This document shows, one piece after another, positions 17,339 to 25,314 of a DNA stretch of 40,271 bases. The position numbers and the translations under genes are program-made. Source of the DNA: a virus; IMG/VR virus record IMGVR_UViG_3300010266_000003, positions 1 to 40,271 of that record; one strand, given 5' to 3'. How positions within the stretch are numbered: the first letter of the stretch is position 1; every line of letters begins with the position of its first letter. The notes beneath the pieces were generated by a model. That model was not told the DNA's origin and did no database searches. It saw only the letters and a program-made list of their open reading frames with translations.

Positions 17339-17989
17339 CTAATTTCTCGGGAAGCCGGTTTGCTTTTCACGGTAGGCCGCGTACTCCTCCATGGAGAGCT
17401 TCCCGAGTTCCTCCATGGTGTAGTCCTTGGGGGGTTCTCCCCCCGTGGGCGGCGCGGGCTGTGCCCCCTTCAGGGGTGGCTGTGCCGGATCTTGGCTCGG
17501 CTTGAACAGATAGGGCTTGGCCTCCTGGATGGGCTTGAGCAGGTCCTCCAGATCGGTTTTTAGTCCGCCGTCCTCGCCGATCTGGATCTTCTCCAGGTCC
17601 AGCAGCCCCAACACGTCGGCGGGGTCGTGGACTCGCCCGGTCAGGGCCATGCGCACCGCGGTGTCCTTCTGGATGCGGGCAAGCTCCTTCCTGTGGTCGG
17701 TTTTCAGGGTCTCAATGGTCCCCTTTGCCGCGGCCACGTCCTCCGCCAGCTTGGCGGGGTCCCCGGAGCCGCCCAGGGCCTTCACGGCCTCCGCGGCGGA
17801 TTTCAGCGCAGTCTCGGCGGAGGCGGCCCGGCGCTTCTCGCCGTCGTACTTGTCCGCCGGCACATAGCTCCCGTCGTTCCCCACCACCAGGTCCAGGTCC
17901 TTGCCGTCCTTGCCCTTGCCCTTCAGTGCGGTCTCTACCTGTGCGGACAGCTCTTCCCCAAGGATGGTCTTGACGCTCTCGATGATCAT
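17339..17989 (-). CDS. Scaffolding protein (GP20-like)
   Basis: The start was set at ATG 17989 after GAGAGGAG. Translation is MIIESVKTILGEELSAQVETALKGKGKDGKDL.... The protein is helical and charged and lies upstream of the capsid gene. Confidence 0.7.
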   Translation of the reverse strand: MIIESVKTILGEELSAQVETALKGKGKDGKDLDLVVGNDGSYVPADKYDGEKRRAASAETALKSAAEAVKALGGSGDPAKLAEDVAAAKGTIETLKTDHRKELARIQKDTAVRMALTGRVHDPADVLGLLDLEKIQIGEDGGLKTDLEDLLKPIQEAKPYLFKPSQDPAQPPLKGAQPAPPTGGEPPKDYTMEELGKLSMEEYAAYREKQTGFPRN

Positions 17990-18104
17990 GTGTGTCTCCT
18001 CTCTGGCTGTTTCTATAGCGACTTCCACGCTCTTTGCCGCCCCTGTTGGTCTGGGACAGGGAGCCCAAAATGGTATGAAAAAAGCACCCTCTCAGGTGCT
18101 TTCA

Positions 18105-18302
18105 TCAACAATTGTCCAGGCTGACCGCCGCATAGCAGCAGCGCCCGTTTCTCCAGGCCGCACACCCCTCTTGGGGGCACTCCATCATGGTGTAGGTCCA
18201 CGATGTGATCTGCTGGGTACTGTCGCACTGCCCTTCGTCGCCGTACTCATTCGTGACTTGCAGCACCTGTTTTTCCTGCTTGCGGTTATACGGGCAGATC
18301 AT
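18105..18302 (-). CDS. Small Cys-rich hypothetical protein
   Basis: 65 aa with RBS AAAGGAGG and 7 Cys residues (MICPYN...QCDST...ECPQEGCAAWRNGRCCYAAVSLDNC). Confidence 0.65.
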   Translation of the reverse strand: MICPYNRKQEKQVLQVTNEYGDEGQCDSTQQITSWTYTMMECPQEGCAAWRNGRCCYAAVSLDNC

Positions 18303-18330
18303 AGGCCCCGCCTCCTTTCAGGCATAAGAA

Positions 18331-18356
18331 AACCACCGCCCCGGAGAGTGGTGGTT
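18331..18356 (-). terminator. Intrinsic-terminator-like hairpin inside the head module
   Basis: The minus strand reads AACCACCAC-TCTCCGGG-GCGGTGGTT followed by TTCTTAT. It lies directly after the stop of the 69-aa acidic ORF. Confidence 0.45.
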
Positions 18357-18565
18357 CAGTCGTTGGATTCAAAGATTTCGTCGTAGAGTTTCTGGAGTTT
18401 GATCCCATCCTCTGACAGGTAATTTTGGCTGTCATCTAATTCGTCAATGATCAGATCATCTATTGCCAGCAAGAGCGCTTCGTCCGTTGGCTCGGCAAGC
18501 AGTTCATCCAGACGCGGGATCAACGGAGCAAGCTCCAATCGCTGCTTCTCGGTTATTTTTATCAC
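18356..18565 (-). CDS. Small acidic protein, candidate immunity partner of the MuF C-terminal domain
   Basis: 69 aa. The GTG start overlaps the MuF stop (GTGA) and follows RBS AAGGAG. The protein is very acidic (LLAEPTDEALLLAIDDLIIDELDDSQNYLSEDG) and the DNA is low GC. Confidence 0.6.
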   Translation of the reverse strand: MIKITEKQRLELAPLIPRLDELLAEPTDEALLLAIDDLIIDELDDSQNYLSEDGIKLQKLYDEIFESND

Positions 18566-20115
18566 TGCTCCATCTCCTTTCTGCTGTGTCGCGGATTGGC
18601 TTGAATGATCGTCCCGGTATCAGGATTCACTGTTACAATGGCTTCCTTTCCGAAATACCGGACGCTCACTCCCTTTTTCCCTCGCCTGGAATCCCTTCTC
18701 TCCGGGTTTGTCAGCGCTTCCCTCACGCTGGAGATTTCCACGCCAGACCTTCTCTCCTCGACGGACCCGATTACTCTGCTTACGAAATGATCTGATTTGG
18801 CGACAATTTCTGTTCCATCAGAAGTTATGACCCCAACCAACTCCGCATCAATCTGAGCCGCTGTATCTTGGTACAGCTTAAAATCGGCAAGCGGGGTCAA
18901 GCCCCCATTCCCGATATCTCTGGCATACGCTTTAAACTGCGCATAGTCATCTCCACTGCTGTATTTTATATTCTGGAACGCTTCAAATGTGGCCGGCGCA
19001 TTTTCCCCAAGCTTCTCCTTCAATCGCTGGTATTGTTCTTTATCCGAAGCTATATTATACACCCTTTTGCGCTCACGTTCAACATATCCTTCGCCATGCT
19101 CTGCCACCTGCCGCTGATACCACTCCTCATAGGTCATACGCTCCGGCATTTTCTCTCCGGCGGCGGCCCAATCCGCCTGCTCCTCCGGGTCCCACTCCAC
19201 CGTGGTGCACCGGTCGTTTGGGTGCATGGGCGGGTAGTTCACGCCGGTCTGCGCCTCGGCCACCTTGAAGCGCTTGCCGTCCAGCGCCCCGCAGACGGCG
19301 CAGGTGCGGCTGTCCAGCGTGGCCATGAACTCATACCACTCGATGCCCGCCGCCTGGTAGGCGGCGCGGTCCGCCTCGTTGTGGAAGTGATTGAGCTCGG
19401 TGCGCACCAGCCGTTCCGCTGCCTTGTAGCTCTGGCCCATCTGCTCCGAGAGCGACTTGGATAGGGGGCCGATTCCCGTCCCCTTGATGAGCCCCTGGGT
19501 GAGGTCCTGCCGGAGGCTGAAAAGCAGGGCCGTCTTGTTTTGCCATAGCCGGTCGGAGAAGTTCGCCCCGCTCCACGGGTAGGACATCACGTGCTCTACC
19601 ATGCCCACGTCGATTCCGGCCACCTCCCAGATGCGCCCCGCCCTCTGCTGGATGTCGAAGGACTTTTTGTAATAGCTCTCTCGGTACGCCTCGCCGAACT
19701 CTTCCGACATCTCCCGCATGCACCTGGCGCACAGCTCGTCCAGCGTCATCTCCATCTGGCCGCACATCGCCTCCAGCCGGTCCATCCGGCTCCGGTAAGA
19801 GAGCGCGTCCAGCTCGGCCTTCAGCCGGGCCTTGATCTCCTGGTCTGTCTCAGCGTTGATCCGCTCCACCCACTCCCCCAGCGAGGCCTTCCACTCTCTG
19901 GCCTCCGCCCGGTTCAGGGCTTTTACGGCCTCGGCGTAGGTCAGCCGGTTCTCTCTGGCGTAGCGCACGTAAAAGTCGTTGATCTGCCGGCGCAGGTCCC
20001 GCAGGGCCGTCTGGTAGGCGTCGTACAGCCTGGCGGACAGCTCCGCCCCTCTGGCGTAGGCCTCCGCCTCCCGCTGGAGGGCCCGGGCCGCCCAGTAGTC
20101 CTTATTCGCCGCCAT
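18562..20115 (-). CDS. Head morphogenesis protein, SPP1 gp7 / Mu F family, with about 170-aa C-terminal extension
   Basis: 517 aa. The MuF core is LNHFHNEADRAAYQAAGIEWYEFMATLDSRTCAVCGALDGKRF...YPPMHPNDRCTT. The extra C-terminal domain contains SDHFVSRVIGSVEERRSGVEISSVREALTNPE...VRYFGKEAIVTVNPDTGTIIQANP. Confidence 0.8.
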   Translation of the reverse strand: MAANKDYWAARALQREAEAYARGAELSARLYDAYQTALRDLRRQINDFYVRYARENRLTYAEAVKALNRAEAREWKASLGEWVERINAETDQEIKARLKAELDALSYRSRMDRLEAMCGQMEMTLDELCARCMREMSEEFGEAYRESYYKKSFDIQQRAGRIWEVAGIDVGMVEHVMSYPWSGANFSDRLWQNKTALLFSLRQDLTQGLIKGTGIGPLSKSLSEQMGQSYKAAERLVRTELNHFHNEADRAAYQAAGIEWYEFMATLDSRTCAVCGALDGKRFKVAEAQTGVNYPPMHPNDRCTTVEWDPEEQADWAAAGEKMPERMTYEEWYQRQVAEHGEGYVERERKRVYNIASDKEQYQRLKEKLGENAPATFEAFQNIKYSSGDDYAQFKAYARDIGNGGLTPLADFKLYQDTAAQIDAELVGVITSDGTEIVAKSDHFVSRVIGSVEERRSGVEISSVREALTNPERRDSRRGKKGVSVRYFGKEAIVTVNPDTGTIIQANPRHSRKEMEQ

Positions 20116-21544
20116 TCAACCCGCCCCCGCCGCCGTGGTCGTCGAACAGCCCCGCGCCGTAGCGCTCCAGCTCCTGTCGCTTTTCGGCCTCCACGGCCTC
20201 CAGCTCCCCGTCCACATCCTTGACCCAGGGATGGTTTTCCAGCAGGGTCCGCCGGGACAGTAGTCCGGCGCTTGCGTTTACGTTGGCGATGATATCGGTC
20301 TCGTTCACCGGCAGGTCCATATTGAAGGCGATGGAGAATGTACTGTCTGAAAAGTCCCCCGCGCCCGTGGCCTGGAGCCAGGTGTCCAGGAAAGGCTTGA
20401 GCCGCCGGAATGTGTCCTGGAGTTCGTCGGCTAGGTCGGCGCAGTCGGCGTCCAGATCCATGTACCGGAAGCCGATGGCCGAGCCGGAGGCGTTGCCCAG
20501 CTCCGGGTCCTTGGTGTCCACGGCGGAGGCGAAGTCGAAGAGGTCTCGCCGCTCCGCGTCCAGGAAGCTCATCACCGCCGATACGTCCAGGTCGGCCTGG
20601 AGCTTGTCCACGCCGCCGTCGCCCTCCACCTTCACGGCCAGGGCCTCCCGCAGATCCCGCACAAACTCGTCCAGATCGGCCCCGCCGTAGTTTTTCAGAA
20701 TGTAGACGAACTTGGCTACATCCCGCAGCACGTCGGCGGTAACGGAGGTCTGCCAGTTGTAGTCATCGATGAGATCCCGAACATAGTGGCACAGGGACAG
20801 CTCCTCCTCGTTATAGCGCAGCCACACCAGAGGAGGCCGTTCCCAGTTGTAACCCTTGCCCCCCAGGGTGAAGTGGGGCTCAGTCCATCCCCCCGCCTCC
20901 GTGCCGTGTCCGGTGTCTACCCGATACTCCCCCGAGCCGTCGGTGCATAGAAACCACAGCACGCCGCCGGAGAACCAATATTCCGCCCGGTGGATCACCC
21001 GCTTGTCCCGGCCCACGTAGACCACCTGGGGGTAAAAACGGATAAAGCCGTCCAGCTCGCTCCGCTCCGTGTCCTTCCACAGCGGGACCAGCTCCCGGGC
21101 GGGGATGCGCAGAAAGCACAGCTCCCCGGCCTCGCCGATGTAGGGTTGGAGCCAGGCCACGCCGCACTTGACCGCGCCCCGCCCCAGAGATTTAACCTTG
21201 CGCCGGAAGGTCGCGTCGAACAACGTCTCCAGCGCCTCCCCGTATGCCTTGTCCTCCGTCTCCACCGCCCAGGGGCGGGCCAGGAGGTAGCGCACCTTCT
21301 GGTCCACCAGCTTCCGGTAAATGGGATGCTCGATCCTGGCATTGGAGCGCTCCTTGATGTCGTTGGTCTTGCGCTGCACATCGGAGCGGTTGCGGTAATA
21401 AGCGTCGGCCTCCAGCAGCTCCCGATACTGCGGTGAGCGCAGGAACTCCCGGATCTCCTCGCTCACGATCTGGGCAAGGGTCATGGGCGCGTTTGCCGGG
21501 TCGGAGAGGGCCGCACTCACCATCTCGGTCTGTGTATAGGTCAT
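20102..21544 (-). CDS. Portal protein (SPP1 gp6-like)
   Basis: 480 aa with RBS GAGGTGAG. It lies between the terL and MuF genes. Confidence 0.85.
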   Translation of the reverse strand: MTYTQTEMVSAALSDPANAPMTLAQIVSEEIREFLRSPQYRELLEADAYYRNRSDVQRKTNDIKERSNARIEHPIYRKLVDQKVRYLLARPWAVETEDKAYGEALETLFDATFRRKVKSLGRGAVKCGVAWLQPYIGEAGELCFLRIPARELVPLWKDTERSELDGFIRFYPQVVYVGRDKRVIHRAEYWFSGGVLWFLCTDGSGEYRVDTGHGTEAGGWTEPHFTLGGKGYNWERPPLVWLRYNEEELSLCHYVRDLIDDYNWQTSVTADVLRDVAKFVYILKNYGGADLDEFVRDLREALAVKVEGDGGVDKLQADLDVSAVMSFLDAERRDLFDFASAVDTKDPELGNASGSAIGFRYMDLDADCADLADELQDTFRRLKPFLDTWLQATGAGDFSDSTFSIAFNMDLPVNETDIIANVNASAGLLSRRTLLENHPWVKDVDGELEAVEAEKRQELERYGAGLFDDHGGGGGLNGGE

Positions 21545-21548
21545 ATTC

Positions 21549-22811
21549 TCACCTCAAAATCTTCAGCGCCGGGCCGGTCATATCGTCCTCACAGGCGTAG
21601 CGCACGGCGTCGATGTGGTGGTTGTCGTGGTCGGGGAACCCCGCCTTGAAGTTGCCGTCTCCGTCCCGATCCAGCTCGTAGCCGGTGAACTCCTTCGCCG
21701 TCTCGGGGCAGCGGGCGGGGTCGATGACGATCTCCTCCAGGTCCTGGAGCCATTTGACCCCATACTCCACCGAGTCGGGTCCTTTCCGCGCGCCCACCAC
21801 CCGCAGGCCGTAGTCCCGGACCTCGGCGATACTTTTGGGCTCGGCGGAATCGCAGACAATCCGCCCGTTGCTCCCCGCCCATGGGAGGATGCGCCTGGCC
21901 GCCTCCCGGTTGGATAGGCGTACCTGATGGATCTCCCGGAAGAGATAGAGCCGCCGCCTCGTCTTGTCGTAATGTCCCTCGTTGTAGGCAAGCGGGTCGG
22001 TGGCGTAGCCCCAGTCCAGCCCCCGGCGGATGTGGTCGAACCGCCCGATCTCCTCGTCCGGGATCGCCCGCAGCGTCACATTGTCAAAAACCTCTCCGCC
22101 GGTGCCCGTCACCTCTCCCAGGTACTCGTGGGCATAGGCCATCGGTTTAACCTCCCGCAGGTGCTCGGCCTCCAGCAGGAATTGTTCCCCCAGCCAGGCC
22201 CGGGGCACCGTGCGGTAGTCCGTCCGGTGTACCAGCGTGTCCGGGTGGGGTGCTCCCACGTACTGGTTACACCAGCTCCGGGCGCTGCGGGGCGGGTTGA
22301 AGGTGTAGAAAAAGGCGAAGTCCGCTCCACCCCGCATCAGTGACTGGTTGATGCTGCGCAGCTTCTCCTCACCCTCGAACTCGTTGACCTCTTCGTACCA
22401 GCCGTATTTGATATATCCGCTGTCCACCTTGATGGATTTGACCTTCATCGGGTCGTCGGCCCCCCGGAACAGGATGCGCTGCCCGGTGGGCGCATAGGTG
22501 AGCGCCATGGGCGACACGCCGGTCGTCCAATAGTCCGCCGCCCCCAGGGCGTTGATGCCCCACAGGAGCTGGGCGTAGACCGACTCCCGCAGGGTCACGC
22601 CATAGCGCCGCAGGGCCACGGCGTGACTCATCACGCCTTTTTGGGCGTCCCGCATGAGGCCCATGGGGATTTCTATCCCCACGAAGGAGGACTTGCAGGA
22701 ACCCCGCCCGCCGGGCAGCCAGTAGTGGGTGTGCCTCCCTGCCGCCACATCACGGTGGACGCAGTGGAAGGCCGGTGCGATCAGCTCCGAAACCTTAGTC
22801 ATCGATATCAT
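21549..22811 (-). CDS. terL: Terminase large subunit (PBSX/terminase_3 type)
   Basis: 420 aa. P-loop-like WLPGGRGSCKSS, and a C-terminal nuclease block GFPDHDNHHIDAVRYA. The start could instead be ATG 22802. Confidence 0.9.
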   Translation of the reverse strand: MISMTKVSELIAPAFHCVHRDVAAGRHTHYWLPGGRGSCKSSFVGIEIPMGLMRDAQKGVMSHAVALRRYGVTLRESVYAQLLWGINALGAADYWTTGVSPMALTYAPTGQRILFRGADDPMKVKSIKVDSGYIKYGWYEEVNEFEGEEKLRSINQSLMRGGADFAFFYTFNPPRSARSWCNQYVGAPHPDTLVHRTDYRTVPRAWLGEQFLLEAEHLREVKPMAYAHEYLGEVTGTGGEVFDNVTLRAIPDEEIGRFDHIRRGLDWGYATDPLAYNEGHYDKTRRRLYLFREIHQVRLSNREAARRILPWAGSNGRIVCDSAEPKSIAEVRDYGLRVVGARKGPDSVEYGVKWLQDLEEIVIDPARCPETAKEFTGYELDRDGDGNFKAGFPDHDNHHIDAVRYACEDDMTGPALKILR

Positions 22812-23211
22812 CCACGATCTGTACCGGCATCCCGCCGGATACGCTGGCTTCCGTCTTGGTGGTATAACCGTACCGTGACATCCAGAGCCCCGCCAACTGC
22901 GTAGGGATCACCCCGAGCTCCAGCTTCTCACGGGTGTCCACCTCGCACTCCTCGCGCATGCGCGTAACCGTGTCAGCATATCTCTCATTTTCGGCGTAAT
23001 GCTCATAGAAAGCTGCCCGCGAAATTCCGGAGAATGCGCAAAAGCCCTCTATCGTGTATGTGACGCTGCGCTTTAATTCCGCACTGACGAACTCACTGTT
23101 TTTCGAGCTGAAATCGTGGGTCAGAACATACCGCTCATTGCAGTCCTTTTTGTATCCGCTCCAAGCTTCTTCAAGCTCTTTTGCGCTCTTAAATTTTCTT
23201 TTCCGCCCCAC
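22795..23211 (-). CDS. terS: Terminase small subunit
   Basis: The start was trimmed to GTG 23211 after GGAGGAGG. Translation is (M)GRKRKFKSAKELEEAWSGYKKDCNE.... It overlaps the terL start. Confidence 0.65.
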   Translation of the reverse strand: MGRKRKFKSAKELEEAWSGYKKDCNERYVLTHDFSSKNSEFVSAELKRSVTYTIEGFCAFSGISRAAFYEHYAENERYADTVTRMREECEVDTREKLELGVIPTQLAGLWMSRYGYTTKTEASVSGGMPVQIVDDIDD

Positions 23212-23243
23212 GCTCTCGCCTCCTCCTACTGGGCATGAGAAAA

Positions 23244-23268
23244 CCCCGCCAGTTCTCGCCCGGCGGGG
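23244..23268 (-). terminator. Terminator-like hairpin in the leader of the packaging/late operon
   Basis: The minus strand reads CCCCGCC-GGGCGAGAACT-GGCGGGG followed by TTTTCT. It lies about 30 nt upstream of the terS start. Confidence 0.5.
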
Positions 23269-23340
23269 CCTCTCCACAATCTCGTTTGTATCAGCATAAC
23301 ACATCTGCGGCAAAAAATCTTCCGGTTTTTTTCCGCATTT

Positions 23341-23778
23341 TTAAGTCTCTATTGTCCCATATAATGCAAGAGTGAAGTGTCGCAGCGCTTTATCTCGGCG
23401 GCCATACACTGCCGTTTTCTCCAATCCAAGCTCACTGCAAAGCCTGTCTACGCCGCCCTTCGTCCGGTGGATATAAAATCGCTCCAATGTCAAACGCTCC
23501 TCATCGTCCAGAACGGCCAAGCTGTCCTCCACCAGTTTTACCCAGGCCCTTGTCTGTTTCAGTGTACGTTCCAGCTCCTCCCGATGTACAATATTTGACA
23601 GCATGACGTCTTCCCGTGTGCTGCCTCCGCCAACCACCGGCGTACCGTCGGTAATTGCACTGCGAATACTCTCTGCGGAAATCTCCAGTCTCCTGATTTC
23701 ACGTGGTATATTCTCTAGTGCCAGTTTGTGAGCTTCGTACCCTTTCAGTTTGTCTATTGCTTCAAATTTCCAATTCAC
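23341..23778 (-). CDS. Sigma-70 region-4-like late transcriptional regulator (ArpU/RinA-type position)
   Basis: GTG 23778 follows GGAGGG. The C-terminus LDDEERLTLERFYIHRTKGGVDRLCSELGLEKTAVYGRRDKALRHF resembles a sigma region 4 HTH. The gene lies just upstream of terS. Confidence 0.6.
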   Translation of the reverse strand: MNWKFEAIDKLKGYEAHKLALENIPREIRRLEISAESIRSAITDGTPVVGGGSTREDVMLSNIVHREELERTLKQTRAWVKLVEDSLAVLDDEERLTLERFYIHRTKGGVDRLCSELGLEKTAVYGRRDKALRHFTLALYGTIET

Positions 23779-23780
23779 GC

Positions 23781-23981
23781 TTACCCTCCGCTCTGCCTGG
23801 CCATCCGCACCAGCTTGCACAGCCCGTAAAAGGATCTCGGATCAATCCCGGTCGATTTCTTGATCTGGTTCAGATGATACCCCACGGTCACGTAGCTTAA
23901 ATACAGCTTGCGCCCCGTTTCCACCGCATTCATGCTGCACTCGGCGTATCCCAGCACAATCTCTCTCTGGCGTTCGGTCAT
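23781..23981 (-). CDS. LuxR/GerE-type HTH small regulator
   Basis: Internal ATG 23981 follows GGAGGA. Translation is MTERQREIVLGYAECSMNAVETGRKLYLSYVTVGYHLNQIKKSTGI (66 aa). Confidence 0.6.
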   Translation of the reverse strand: MTERQREIVLGYAECSMNAVETGRKLYLSYVTVGYHLNQIKKSTGIDPRSFYGLCKLVRMARQSGG

Positions 23982-24178
23982 GCGTGTTCCTCCTTGGGCG
24001 GTTCCGGCAACGGCATCCAGTGGGTGACGGCCTTGGTGCGTGTCCCGTAGACCCGCCACCAGTCGTTTACATCCAAGCAGCCGGCTTCGACAATCATGGT
24101 GCCTTTCTTCGGCCGGCACACGATCACGCACTCAAAGGCTTTCGGCGGCCTCTCCTTGACGCTAATCCACTCACTCAC
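23978..24178 (-). CDS. DUF551-domain protein
   Basis: GTG 24178 follows GAGGAGG. Translation is (M)SEWISVKERPPKAFECVIV...VTHWMPLPEPP, the hallmark DUF551 pattern. Confidence 0.7.
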   Translation of the reverse strand: MSEWISVKERPPKAFECVIVCRPKKGTMIVEAGCLDVNDWWRVYGTRTKAVTHWMPLPEPPKEEHA

Positions 24179-24596
24179 GTTTTCCACCCTCCTCGTCGTG
24201 GATGGAACCGCAAATCTCAATGTCAACATCTGGGCGCAAATTAAACCGTCCCGCAAACACAACTGCGAATGTGTCGGTCCCGGCAGAATTGTTCCCCTCT
24301 CCATCGTCAACTCCATATTTTGTTGTTCTGATAATGTCCCCCTCAAAAATCTTATTCCCGTGCTTGTCGGTCAGGCCGGTGTACTCGCAGACCGTGGAGG
24401 GGTCAACCTCGGCATATCTGATGTCCCTTGGCATATTCCAGTCTGCAAATCCACTAAACAGGATGATGTGATCTACATCCTCGTCTTTCAGGGTGTCACC
24501 CACAGGCGCAATCATACGGTTCTCATGCCGCATATAGTACCCTTCCACCCACTCTCCATTGTCCAGCCGCTTGGCCTTGAAAAGGATTTCTCTCAT
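24171..24596 (-). CDS. YopX-family protein
   Basis: 141 aa containing MREILFKAKRLDNGEWVEGYY...VCEYTGLTDKHGNKIFEGDII. Confidence 0.8.
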   Translation of the reverse strand: MREILFKAKRLDNGEWVEGYYMRHENRMIAPVGDTLKDEDVDHIILFSGFADWNMPRDIRYAEVDPSTVCEYTGLTDKHGNKIFEGDIIRTTKYGVDDGEGNNSAGTDTFAVVFAGRFNLRPDVDIEICGSIHDEEGGKRE

Positions 24597-25015
24597 TCTT
24601 TGCCATCTCCCAGCGCCTTTTCCGCCTCCTCGCGGGTGAGGAATACGGTTTTGCCGATTTGGTCAATGTACTCCTGCTTGCAAGTCCTCTCATAGACAAA
24701 CTGCTTTCCGTGGTCGCAAAAGCTGCAATCTCCATGAGTATCAACCGACACCGGGCAAGCTAAATCGCAGTCAGGTCCAGCGTCCCAGGTGATCTCAAAC
24801 ACGGTCTTGGCGGGCAGCACCACGCACCGTCCCTCCCTGTCCGCCTGGGCCAGTGCGCAGAGGCGGTCAACTGGCATATCGCCAATGACATCTAGGATGT
24901 CCTGCAACTCTGACAGGCTCCATTGCACATCGTTATTGCGGATAACCCGTTCTGCCAGATTGTCATCGTTCAGACGGTTCAGTTCATCAACAATGCTCGA
25001 AAGTGTTCTCTCCAT
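24593..25015 (-). CDS. Hypothetical protein
   Basis: ATG 25015 follows GAAGGAGGGGTGA. The product is 140 aa and Cys-rich toward the C-terminus. Confidence 0.65.
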   Translation of the reverse strand: MERTLSSIVDELNRLNDDNLAERVIRNNDVQWSLSELQDILDVIGDMPVDRLCALAQADREGRCVVLPAKTVFEITWDAGPDCDLACPVSVDTHGDCSFCDHGKQFVYERTCKQEYIDQIGKTVFLTREEAEKALGDGKE

Positions 25016-25017
25016 GC

Positions 25018-25314
25018 TCACCCCTCCTTCAGGCCGCTTTTCCACGCCTCAATCGTTTTGCGGATGTCTTTCGTGGAATTAAGTTCCAAATATGTCGCAA
25101 TGAACTGGATACACTCCACCGCCGCATCCCTCTCCCGCTTCGCTTGCTCCAGCTCGGCCCGGAGCGCGGAGAGCGCGGCGGCGGCATCCGCCGTCATGCG
25201 CGGGATGCATCTGCTCATATCCCCGCCCGCATAGTAAGCGCAATTTCTGCACTGCCGGACGTCTGGCTGACTCCCGCACAGCCTTATGGCCTCAATCAGC
25301 TTATCAATATCCAC
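25018..25314 (-). CDS. Hypothetical protein
   Basis: 98-aa ORF in the operon, containing the CRNCAYY...C motif. Confidence 0.6.
   Translation of the reverse strand: MDIDKLIEAIRLCGSQPDVRQCRNCAYYAGGDMSRCIPRMTADAAAALSALRAELEQAKRERDAAVECIQFIATYLELNSTKDIRKTIEAWKSGLKEG

Noticed and set aside
22795-23313. Long N-terminal extensions given by the ORF track for terS. The same applies to 6532-7692, 8039-8746, 23781-24131, 23978-24346, 26137-26505 and 26588-27046.
   Set aside because: In each case the upstream part overlaps the preceding gene or a leader hairpin. An internal ATG or GTG with a good Shine-Dalgarno gives the recognisable family N-terminus.
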